A stretch of DNA of 64,000 bases from an uncultured Spartobacteria bacterium (lineage in GTDB: Bacteria > Verrucomicrobiota > Verrucomicrobiia > Chthoniobacterales > UBA6821). Below, piece by piece: positions 45,736 through 54,053 of the stretch. The translations under genes were made by a program, and so were the position numbers. How positions within the stretch are numbered: position 1 is the first letter of the stretch; each line of letters opens with the position of its first letter. The DNA lies in the NCBI GenBank assembly GCA_903868795.1, contig CAIPWR010000145.1, positions 600-64,599 on the forward strand, written 5' to 3'. The notes beneath the pieces are model-generated. The model saw nothing but the letters and a program-made list of their open reading frames with translations. It was not told where the DNA came from and did not search any database.

Positions 45736-46181
45736 GGACTCACCGAGGATGCTGTTGGTGTCTTGGGCGCTTCGGGACTCGCTGTGGCGAAGGCGATGTT
45801 CCAGATGTTGGCCTTTCGGCAGAGGTCGAGCGTCTGGACGATATGCCCATAGTCGACTCGCTGGTCGCCCCGTAGCACCACGGCCTGGTCGGGATAGAGT
45901 GCAGCGATCCGAGAGAGTGCAGAAAGAAGCTCGTCGGGGGTCATGCTCCGACGGTTCATGACCAGGCTCCCATCGGCTTTCACATTGACGATGACTTCGC
46001 CGACGGAGCGGCGCTGTTCTTTGGCTTCGCCCGCCGAGGGCATCTGGACATCAAGCTCCCTCTCCTGCCGAGCAAAGCTCCACGTGAGCATGAAAAATCC
46101 GAGCAGCACGAGGAGGATATCGACCATCGGGGCGATCAGGAAACCCCGTGGCTCCGGCTGTAGTCGCGTACGGAAGTTCAC
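45732..46181 (-). CDS. exbD: ExbD/TolR biopolymer transport protein
   Basis: 149 aa. N-terminal TM (MVDILLVLLGFFML) with the conserved Asp, and a periplasmic domain typical of ExbD. Confidence 0.9.
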   Translation of the reverse strand: MNFRTRLQPEPRGFLIAPMVDILLVLLGFFMLTWSFARQERELDVQMPSAGEAKEQRRSVGEVIVNVKADGSLVMNRRSMTPDELLSALSRIAALYPDQAVVLRGDQRVDYGHIVQTLDLCRKANIWNIAFATASPEAPKTPTASSVSP

Positions 46182-46196
46182 GGCGGGAAGCGCGGA

Positions 46197-47003
46197 TCAG
46201 CGGTGTGTCTGAGGACTCTTCCTTGCGATCACGAGCTTCACGAGCAGAAGGGAGGTCACTCCTTCCATTTCGGAGATCATCTCCTGAACTCTCCCTCGGA
46301 ACCATGCATAGGCGATCATTGCCGGGATACCGACGACCAAGCCTGCTGCTGTTGCGACGAGCGCCTCCGCCACTCCCTCGGCCAGTAACATGGGGCGTGA
46401 AGCGGCCACATCATTTGCCATCACGCTGAAGGAGCGGATCATGCCAAAAACCGTTCCGAGCAGTCCCAGCATCGGCGCAACTGTGGCTATATCAGCGAGC
46501 CATGCGACGCGCTGGTTGAGTAGTGATGCCTCACGGGTTCCCTCTGTCTGGGCGATTTCCCGAAGTTGATCGTCCGTGGCCACGGGATGGCTGGCCAGAA
46601 ATTCGAGGGTCCGAGTGAGGATGGTGGCCGCGATGTCACGATGCTTATTGGCAACAGCCAGTAGTCCCAACAGATCACCCTTGGCGAGGAGGGTCTCAGC
46701 CACCGTCATGAATCGTGAGCCCGCCACGACGCCCCTCCGGAGAGTCACGAGATAAACGAGGATCAATGCCAGTGTGATCACGGAAAGAACCAGCAGTGGG
46801 ATCATTACCAGCCCTCCGGCCGAGAGAAGTTTCAGCAAGGTTTCCGGATTTTCTGATGACTTCGCGGCAAGCGCCGGGAGCGATGAGAGTGAGCCTGAGG
46901 AGTGTGGCTCGATGGCCGTTGCCGAAGTGAAAGCAAGGCATCCAAAAACGAAGAGGAAGAAGACGCCGTGGAGGGGTGATCGTTTGGCGAAGAGTGAGTT
47001 CAT
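46197..47003 (-). CDS. exbB: MotA/TolQ/ExbB proton-channel protein
   Basis: Three TM helices; C-terminal motif APMLGLLGTVFGMIRSF and ALVATAAGLVVGIPA. Start taken at the ATG at 47003. Confidence 0.9.
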   Translation of the reverse strand: MNSLFAKRSPLHGVFFLFVFGCLAFTSATAIEPHSSGSLSSLPALAAKSSENPETLLKLLSAGGLVMIPLLVLSVITLALILVYLVTLRRGVVAGSRFMTVAETLLAKGDLLGLLAVANKHRDIAATILTRTLEFLASHPVATDDQLREIAQTEGTREASLLNQRVAWLADIATVAPMLGLLGTVFGMIRSFSVMANDVAASRPMLLAEGVAEALVATAAGLVVGIPAMIAYAWFRGRVQEMISEMEGVTSLLLVKLVIARKSPQTHR

Positions 47004-47169
47004 GCGAATCCTGATGAGGAATCTCCTAAGCATATCCGAGCTGTAGAGACAAGCAAGGCCTGCGCCTTGGGGCGTGGACCTCGGGCGAGGGGAGAGATGC
47101 CTGCCGGCGGAAACTATTTTTGAACATCCGGCGAAGAGCCCGTGTCTTACTCCTCAGAAAGACCCCATC

Positions 47170-47343
47170 ATGAAAACACACACAAACTCAAAGCACATTA
47201 CCTCACTCGGCGACTTGGTTGCCACCGTATCCAGCTATGCTCGCAACGAACGCGAGACACTGGCCGCCATCCAAGATCTCTTCCGCCGTGGGAGTGTGGT
47301 CGCCAAGACCCGCCACGGAAGCAAACGGCTTAAGTTGGCCTGA
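47170..47343 (+). CDS. Small basic hypothetical protein (57 aa)
   Basis: ATG at 47170 inside the listed ORF 47074..47343. I recognise no family. First ORF of the plus-strand cluster divergent from exbB. Confidence 0.35.
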   Translation: MKTHTNSKHITSLGDLVATVSSYARNERETLAAIQDLFRRGSVVAKTRHGSKRLKLA

Positions 47344-47490
47344 TGATTGGCTCAACAAGCTGATTTGATAGTTTCAAGAATCAGCACCCCGAGCCTAGAG
47401 ATTGATTCCTCGAGCAGAATGCTCCTTTGCAAGGCCGATCTGCAATGGATCTGGCTTCCAAGGGCAAAGCTCATTAGGGAATGGGGCTAG

Positions 47491-48237
47491 ATGGCCCAGC
47501 ACCCTGATAATAGCTCGATGGAACTTGTTGTCGCGCGCTACGAGGAGGACCTCCGATGGCTTAAACGGGTTCCCTCATCTTTCAAAATCCTAGTTTACAA
47601 CAAGGGATCTACTCAGGCATTGCCCGAAAGCGTCCATGCCAGAGAGGGAATATCCGTGCTCTCCTTCCCAAATATCGGCAGGGAGGCGCACAGCTACCTG
47701 ACCCATCTCATCACGAGATATGATTCCCTGCCCTCCATCACTGTATTCTGTCAAGGGCGGCCCTTTGATCATGCCCCGGATTTGCATGATCGACTCGCAG
47801 CTTTGGCTGCGGGGAAAGAAGTCCCGGCACCATTTCTCTGGTATGGGTTTCTGGAGGATACGGACGATCCCAAGGGACGACGTTTGTTTGTCCCCTGGAG
47901 CAAGAATCCTGAGCGAACCGAGCTGGCCACAGGGAAATTGTTCGAAGAGTTGTTCGACTGCACGTCACCGGAGCTCTTCCATTTTCGGGGAGGTGCCCAG
48001 TTCTCAATCTCCCGGGAGGGTGTTTTGAGTCGGCCTCGTGAATTTTATGAAAGGGCCTTGGATCTGTGCGCAACCGATCCTCTGGTGCCTCACTCCCTTG
48101 AGCGTCTTTGGGACCGCTTTTTTGGAGATCCGTTCATCGATCCTTCGACGCTGGGACCTGACGGGACTCGGTATTTGAAAAAGATCCGCAGGCTCGAGCC
48201 TGACGCTGAAATCACGAGGGAGACCGATTCGGTTTGA
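47491..48237 (+). CDS. DUF3431-like protein (possible glycosyltransferase-like fold)
   Basis: VVARYEEDLRWL and PNIGREAHSYLTHLITRYDSLP resemble the DUF3431 signature, as I recall mostly from fungal proteins. Confidence 0.55.
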   Translation: MAQHPDNSSMELVVARYEEDLRWLKRVPSSFKILVYNKGSTQALPESVHAREGISVLSFPNIGREAHSYLTHLITRYDSLPSITVFCQGRPFDHAPDLHDRLAALAAGKEVPAPFLWYGFLEDTDDPKGRRLFVPWSKNPERTELATGKLFEELFDCTSPELFHFRGGAQFSISREGVLSRPREFYERALDLCATDPLVPHSLERLWDRFFGDPFIDPSTLGPDGTRYLKKIRRLEPDAEITRETDSV

Positions 48238-48268
48238 ATTTACCCAAGCTGGGGGTGATTGTTTCCTA

Positions 48269-48682
48269 ATGTCCCGCCAAAAAAAGTCCCAAGGACTCCC
48301 CCTCTGGCTGATTGTTCTGCTCGTCCTGATTGCCGCGGGTGGCGGTTTTTATGGACTGCGTCAAAATGGAGGTGATGCCTCGCTACGAACCACCGAGGAA
48401 CTGGACCCCTCGATCTATTACGAGAATGCCAACTCCCTCCGGGGCAATACTTACAAGATCGACGCCGAGATTGATTCAGCACTCGGAAATTCCCCGACCA
48501 AGGGAAGGCTCTATTCGGTAACCATTAAAAACTCCTCGAAGAACGGAGCCCCCGTGGTGCTTCCGGTACTCGTGCCACTTGAACTCAACAACCTTACCAT
48601 CCAGAAAGGCCAGCATTACCTGATGAAGGTTAAGGTCGTTGATGATGGACTTCTCAAGGTCGAGGAGGCGCGGAAACCATGA
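48269..48682 (+). CDS. Small N-terminally anchored protein of unknown function
   Basis: 137 aa. One TM helix (LPLWLIVLLVLIAAGGGFYG) and a beta-rich ectodomain. ATGA overlap with the next gene. Confidence 0.6.
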   Translation: MSRQKKSQGLPLWLIVLLVLIAAGGGFYGLRQNGGDASLRTTEELDPSIYYENANSLRGNTYKIDAEIDSALGNSPTKGRLYSVTIKNSSKNGAPVVLPVLVPLELNNLTIQKGQHYLMKVKVVDDGLLKVEEARKP

Positions 48683-50898
48683 GCCGAGCCGCAAAAAATC
48701 GAAGGATTCTTTTTCTACTGTTCGGATCTGCACTCTGCATGAGTGCCGGAGCCCAGTCCCAGTCGGCACCGCAGGACAATGCCAAGACGATCCACGAAAC
48801 CGGCCAGCAGTACAAACAAGGCAACCCCCTCTCGAGTTCGGCCGATAACACCATCATAGGGCGCAATGGCATGGAGGCCTCCAATCTTGCACTCCAGAAG
48901 TCAATTCTGAATTCGAAGATCAACACCTTTATCGCCTTCTTCAATAACCCGCTTGCAGGTACACAGTTTGAGCAGTTCCTGAATGCGCCCGCCGCGACCT
49001 CCGAGGCCGCAAAGATCTACCGTGAGCGCATCAACTCCATCATGGATCTGCTTGCTCCGGGAAATGCCACAAAGGAGCATCAGGATGTCGCATTCGCTCT
49101 GCTCGCCAAGGCCTCCGAGTTCGAGAGCGATGCGAATATCTGTACCACCATTCATGATGCAGTCTATGCCGCCGCGAACAGCCGCGTGGAGATACGAAAA
49201 TTGACCGAACTCAACGAGGTGCTCGAAAAACAGCGCAAGGTTGCTGAGTTTAATAATCTTCAAGCCTCCCGTGACCGTCCTTTGGACAATCCTCCGGCAC
49301 AAAAAAACGATGTCAGCAATAACAACGCCAATCAGCAGATCGAGCGTCAGGCACGCATGGATCCAACGAAACGGGAACTTGCCTCGATTGGGCAGACTAT
49401 CGAGCACAACAAGGCTCAGATCGCCATCTCGGAGGTGCAGGCGAAGTTTCAGTTCCAATCCCTCATCCTTCAGCTTTTTGTTCAGAGGCGCTACCAGCAT
49501 GTCATCATCGCGAACCGATTCTATCGAGCTCTCTTCGACGACGGAGACCAGTCGCTCCAAAGTTTCCAGCAGATGGCCGATAAACTCGGGTATAACAAGG
49601 CGGCCGGACAGGCTAAACTGATAGCTCAGGCAGCCCCCAACGCCACCGGAGCCACTGCCGGAGGCGGGCGCGGAGGAGGTGCCAATGTCCCGGTAAATAA
49701 TGGCGGTGCCAACGCCAACGCGGGCGGTGGGGCATCGAACAATGCGGCTGGATCTACAGCCGCTGCCGGCACTTCAGTCTCCAGCGGAGATGATGAAGGA
49801 GGGGGCGGCGCCTCGGCGGGTTCTCTCTCCGGAATGCAATTCGGTATCGAGAATGTGAGTGTGGAGAGTCTCATGAACGCCGTATCCAGCGGCATGAAAA
49901 CAGCCAGCCGGACTTTCAAATCGCTGAGTCAGTTGGACGGGATTGCCAACGAGGTGATCCGGGATGTGAACGAGGGAGTGAAATCCTACGAGTTTCTTCT
50001 CTCCCAGAACGAGATGGAGGCCGCCACTGCGCAGCTGGTTTCTGTCTGGTCAAAAGGGCAATACCTTCCCAGCGTCCAACTCCTGACCCAGGAGCAGAAG
50101 CGCCGCTCGCTGAAGTTTGCCCAGCTTGTCAACAAACTCATCAGCTCGGGCCAGTCCGGCAACATGGATGTGCTCACCGATGCCGTTGTTGAAATCAAGA
50201 GGGAGGCCACTGATTTCGATGACAGTGAGATTCTTGCAAACATCCGCTCGACCAAGTTGGCCAGCAGCATGCATGTGGCACAAGCCAGGATCGCCGCATC
50301 CAAGGGGGATCTTCAGACAGTTCAGGCCGAGATCACACGTGCCGCGGGCATCTGGCCCAATAATCCGGAACTTCAGAGCTTCTCCAGTGACATGAGCAAG
50401 CTCTCCGAGCAGGCCGACCCGAGAGTCCGGGCCCTGTCGGATTTCGACCAGCTCTACGATCAGAAGAATTACCGCCAGATTTTTGAAGGAATCGACAAGT
50501 ATGCCGTGGCCGTCGCGACCGATACCTCCTCGAGTGCCTCCGACCGCCGGGATAAGCTGGAGAAGGTCAAGTCTCGAATGCAGGAGATCGAGACCTCGAT
50601 CATGCGGTCACAGGAAATCGCTAAACGTGACGACTATGCTGGCGCGTGGGAGGGGCTTGAAATCACCTTCCAGAAGTATCCCGATGACATGAAATTGAGC
50701 CAGATGCGCGCCGATCTGACCACGCAGACTCCCGACTTCGTGCACGATTTCCGCCAGGCCAAGGGTGACGAGGAGAAGAAAGAATATGGCTCTGCTCTTG
50801 CGTGGTACCTCCGCGCCCAGAGCCGCTATCCGCTCAGCGATCTTTCCAAGCAGGGGATCCAACGGGTGGTCCGGCTGATCATGCCCGACGCTAACTGA
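48679..50898 (+). CDS. Large exported alpha-helical protein, unknown family (paralog 1)
   Basis: 739 aa. Signal peptide and an internal G/A/N-rich linker. Paralogous to the next gene at three or more blocks. Confidence 0.75.
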   Translation: MSRAAKNRRILFLLFGSALCMSAGAQSQSAPQDNAKTIHETGQQYKQGNPLSSSADNTIIGRNGMEASNLALQKSILNSKINTFIAFFNNPLAGTQFEQFLNAPAATSEAAKIYRERINSIMDLLAPGNATKEHQDVAFALLAKASEFESDANICTTIHDAVYAAANSRVEIRKLTELNEVLEKQRKVAEFNNLQASRDRPLDNPPAQKNDVSNNNANQQIERQARMDPTKRELASIGQTIEHNKAQIAISEVQAKFQFQSLILQLFVQRRYQHVIIANRFYRALFDDGDQSLQSFQQMADKLGYNKAAGQAKLIAQAAPNATGATAGGGRGGGANVPVNNGGANANAGGGASNNAAGSTAAAGTSVSSGDDEGGGGASAGSLSGMQFGIENVSVESLMNAVSSGMKTASRTFKSLSQLDGIANEVIRDVNEGVKSYEFLLSQNEMEAATAQLVSVWSKGQYLPSVQLLTQEQKRRSLKFAQLVNKLISSGQSGNMDVLTDAVVEIKREATDFDDSEILANIRSTKLASSMHVAQARIAASKGDLQTVQAEITRAAGIWPNNPELQSFSSDMSKLSEQADPRVRALSDFDQLYDQKNYRQIFEGIDKYAVAVATDTSSSASDRRDKLEKVKSRMQEIETSIMRSQEIAKRDDYAGAWEGLEITFQKYPDDMKLSQMRADLTTQTPDFVHDFRQAKGDEEKKEYGSALAWYLRAQSRYPLSDLSKQGIQRVVRLIMPDAN

Positions 50899-50912
50899 CC
50901 GGTTTTCCTGCC

Positions 50913-52673
50913 ATGAAGGAACACGGCTCCCGATGCCTGCCTCCGGTTGCTGCAGCCCTCTTCTGTTACCTCGGCATCATCAGGTGGGAGGGAACCGCGC
51001 TCGCACAGTCATCTCCGGGGAGCGTGGGTGAAGGACTTATCGTCTGGAGGGGGAGAGAGTGCGAAGTCGTTGATGATGCGTCGTTGCAGGCCGCATTCCA
51101 AAACTACCTCGCCGCGCCGGCGACATCTCCCGAGGCTGCGGTCGTCAGGAAAAACCTGCTGCAACAAGCCACCTCTCAACTGGGAGCGGGAATCGCCCCA
51201 TCGGAGGATCTGGGAAAGGCCTACCTGGATCTCCAGCGACTGGCTGCCGACCCTCTCGATGGCAGGCGATGCCGGGATCTTCTTCGCGCGGTGGTGAAGG
51301 CCTCGTCGGTGCTCTCCAGACAGCAGAATCCGGCGGCAACCGAGGCGGCATTGCGGAGGAGGAAGGAAATTCTCTCCTGGAATGTCCAAATCGAAAAAAA
51401 ACGCAGCGCCGAATTGTTGGCGGATGCCGGGCCCGTGCGCAAAGGCAGGTCGGTTCCAACTCAGGCTTCCCCGCCGCCGAGTCCCGCCGCCCAACAGCTT
51501 GAGGAGGTCGAAAACGAACTCAGCATGATGGAACTCGGAGGGGAGGTGGGGGAATTGCAGGTAAAACTTGAGCTTCAGGATTTGGCCCTCCGGTTCTTGG
51601 AGCGAGGCGACTATCCCGAGGCGATCCTTGCGGTGAGATTTTACCGTGGGCTTTTCGGGGAGAGGAATCCCCGCTTGCGGCTCGGTCCAGAAGCCGCTTT
51701 AGAGATCCAGCCTGAAGGCGGTGAGCCGATGCTCGGCGAGATCGAGCGTCTGGCCACCCAGGCCCTTGAGGGGGTTGCAAAGAGCCTCTCCGACACAGCC
51801 ACCCTGCTTCAGGCCCGGGCAACCGTCGGTGCTTCGAAGCACCTTGTTGCGGCGTACGCCCAAGGAGGCAGGACAGTCGATGTGTCGGCGTTTCCCAGTG
51901 AATCCAAAGTGAGGATCCTTGAGCAGGCGGAGGGGGAGAAAAAGGCAATGGAACTGATCCGTAAAAAGGATTTCGCAGCCGCCGCCGTCAAACTGGCCGA
52001 GATAGAGAGCAACTCGTCGGATTTCGACGGCAAAGATCTTCGAGCAACCATAGAGTCTTCCAAATCCCTAGCAGCGGTTCATCTTGCAGCGGCAGTAAGG
52101 GCGGGGCAGGAGGGAAAGTCCGATGTCGTGATGGATGAACTCAAACAATCAGCCGACCTCTGGCCCGGTAATCCGAAGCTCAATAGGGTGATTGCGGAGT
52201 ATCAGGGGAATGCCCGGATGCAGAGCCAGCGCGCCGAGGAATTCGACACATTGCTTGCGGCTGGCAGGGACGAGGAAATCGAAAAAGAGAGCGGTAGATT
52301 CGCCATGGCATTCGCCGATCTGCCGATCCGTCAGGCCGAGTTGGCTCAGGTTCTGGAGAGGGCGCGAACGGTGAAGGAAGGAGTGGGCCGTGCAAGGCGT
52401 CTCCGCGACTTTGGTTCCTTGGTCGCTTCATGGGAATTGGCCGAATGGCTATGCGTCAAGTACCCGGGGCGAAAGGATCTGGAGTCATTCCGCGCCGGGA
52501 TGCTTCCGGGGGTGGAAGATCTAGTAGCGGGGTTAAAGAGGGCCCGTGCCCTCGAAGGCAAGGAGCCTGCCTCATCCCTCTCCCTCTACCTTCAGTTGCA
52601 GGAACGCTTTCCGCAGAGTTCCCATGCCAAGGAGGGGGTTGTGCGCATTTCCTCCTCCCTGCTTGCGAGGTAG
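50913..52673 (+). CDS. Large exported alpha-helical protein, unknown family (paralog 2)
   Basis: 586 aa with a hydrophobic N-terminus. Shares FQNYLAAPATSPEAA, VRFYRGLF and LWPGNPKL blocks with paralog 1. Confidence 0.75.
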   Translation: MKEHGSRCLPPVAAALFCYLGIIRWEGTALAQSSPGSVGEGLIVWRGRECEVVDDASLQAAFQNYLAAPATSPEAAVVRKNLLQQATSQLGAGIAPSEDLGKAYLDLQRLAADPLDGRRCRDLLRAVVKASSVLSRQQNPAATEAALRRRKEILSWNVQIEKKRSAELLADAGPVRKGRSVPTQASPPPSPAAQQLEEVENELSMMELGGEVGELQVKLELQDLALRFLERGDYPEAILAVRFYRGLFGERNPRLRLGPEAALEIQPEGGEPMLGEIERLATQALEGVAKSLSDTATLLQARATVGASKHLVAAYAQGGRTVDVSAFPSESKVRILEQAEGEKKAMELIRKKDFAAAAVKLAEIESNSSDFDGKDLRATIESSKSLAAVHLAAAVRAGQEGKSDVVMDELKQSADLWPGNPKLNRVIAEYQGNARMQSQRAEEFDTLLAAGRDEEIEKESGRFAMAFADLPIRQAELAQVLERARTVKEGVGRARRLRDFGSLVASWELAEWLCVKYPGRKDLESFRAGMLPGVEDLVAGLKRARALEGKEPASSLSLYLQLQERFPQSSHAKEGVVRISSSLLAR

Positions 52674-52752
52674 AGCATCTGTTCTGTTTCTTAATTCCAT
52701 TGACACGGCTGGTGGTGTCGGGATCGATGGTTAAAGAAACGCAACGATCCTC

Positions 52753-54027
52753 ATGCCCTTTTTTACTTACAAAGCCCGGGATGCCGCCGGACGTTCCGAG
52801 AATGGACGCATCGAGGCGATTTCAGGATCGGATGCCTACCGCAAGTTGCGTGAGCGGGGGTTGCAACCGAGTAGTGTCGCGGAGGAGGGAACCACGCCGC
52901 CTGGAAAAAAAGCACTCTTTAGCTCTTTGTCTCCAACTGCGGTCAAAACGAAAGCCGGAGAGGTTCCTTCGGCCGAAAACCTGCCGAAGCTGACCACTCC
53001 ACAACTGCTCTTCTTTACCGAGGAGTTGGCGGAACTCCTTGAGGCGGGACTTCAACTTGAGGGGGCTCTTAAGGTGATCGAGCAACGCCAGGAGAAATCA
53101 CCGGTCAAGGTGGTGGCTGCCCACCTGCGACAGTTGGTGCGCGAGGGTGTCGGTTTCTCAAAGGCTCTTCGAAGCTGCGGTAAATCCTTTGACCCTCTTT
53201 ACTGCAATCTGGTGGCTGCGGGAGAGGCGGGAGGTGTTCTTCCTCAGATCCTGAAGCGCCAGTGCGCGCATCTTGAAATGGTTGGTGAGTTGGGAAAAAA
53301 AGTGACCTCGGCGCTTGTTTATCCCGCGATCGTCTTCTCCTCGGCAATTCTGCTGATGTTCATCTTCCTGACTTTTCTTGTGCCTCAGCTCTCGGTCCTG
53401 CTCGGCAAATCAGGGCAAAAACTTCCCGCCATCACGCAGGCTCTCATTACAACCAGTCTGTTCTGTGCTCACTGGTGGTGGGCAATCGCAGCCCTCATCG
53501 GAGCGATCATCACGGGCGGACGCATGGCGATCGCCACCCCTGCCGGGCGCGCATGGTGGCATCGTGCCCAACTGGATGTTCCTGTGGTCGGCCCGGTGCT
53601 GAAGGCCCGCTTCTATGCCGAGGTGATGCAGAACCTCTCCACGCTTGTCTCCAACGGCGTGACCATGCTCTCAGCCATGGATCTCATGCGTGCGGCCACG
53701 GGGAACGTTTATTTGAAGGGATTACTCGAGAAGGTTGCCGACATGGTGCGTGAGGGTAGTTCTCTTGCCTCGGCGATGCGCCGCACAGGATTCTTCCCCC
53801 CCGTTCTGCTCGATATTCTTGCGGTGGGTGAACAGACAGGGGATCTGGCGGGCTCGCTGGCGCGTGCCGCCAAGCGATATGATCGCGAATTGACTTCCCG
53901 CATCCAGCATCTCACCACACTGATCCAACCGGCTGTCATCCTTATCGTAGCCCTCTTTGTCGGAGTGGTCGCGTACTCCATGATCTCGGGTATTCTCTCA
54001 AGTGTGAATGCGCTGAAGGCGCACTAA
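52753..54027 (+). CDS. Type II secretion / type IV pilus platform protein (GspF/PilC family)
   Basis: 424 aa. FTYKARDAAGRSENGRIEA N-terminus and two GspF repeats, each followed by TM helices. Confidence 0.88.
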   Translation: MPFFTYKARDAAGRSENGRIEAISGSDAYRKLRERGLQPSSVAEEGTTPPGKKALFSSLSPTAVKTKAGEVPSAENLPKLTTPQLLFFTEELAELLEAGLQLEGALKVIEQRQEKSPVKVVAAHLRQLVREGVGFSKALRSCGKSFDPLYCNLVAAGEAGGVLPQILKRQCAHLEMVGELGKKVTSALVYPAIVFSSAILLMFIFLTFLVPQLSVLLGKSGQKLPAITQALITTSLFCAHWWWAIAALIGAIITGGRMAIATPAGRAWWHRAQLDVPVVGPVLKARFYAEVMQNLSTLVSNGVTMLSAMDLMRAATGNVYLKGLLEKVADMVREGSSLASAMRRTGFFPPVLLDILAVGEQTGDLAGSLARAAKRYDRELTSRIQHLTTLIQPAVILIVALFVGVVAYSMISGILSSVNALKAH

Positions 54028-54053
54028 AAGGAGAGGGGATTCTTTACTCCCAG

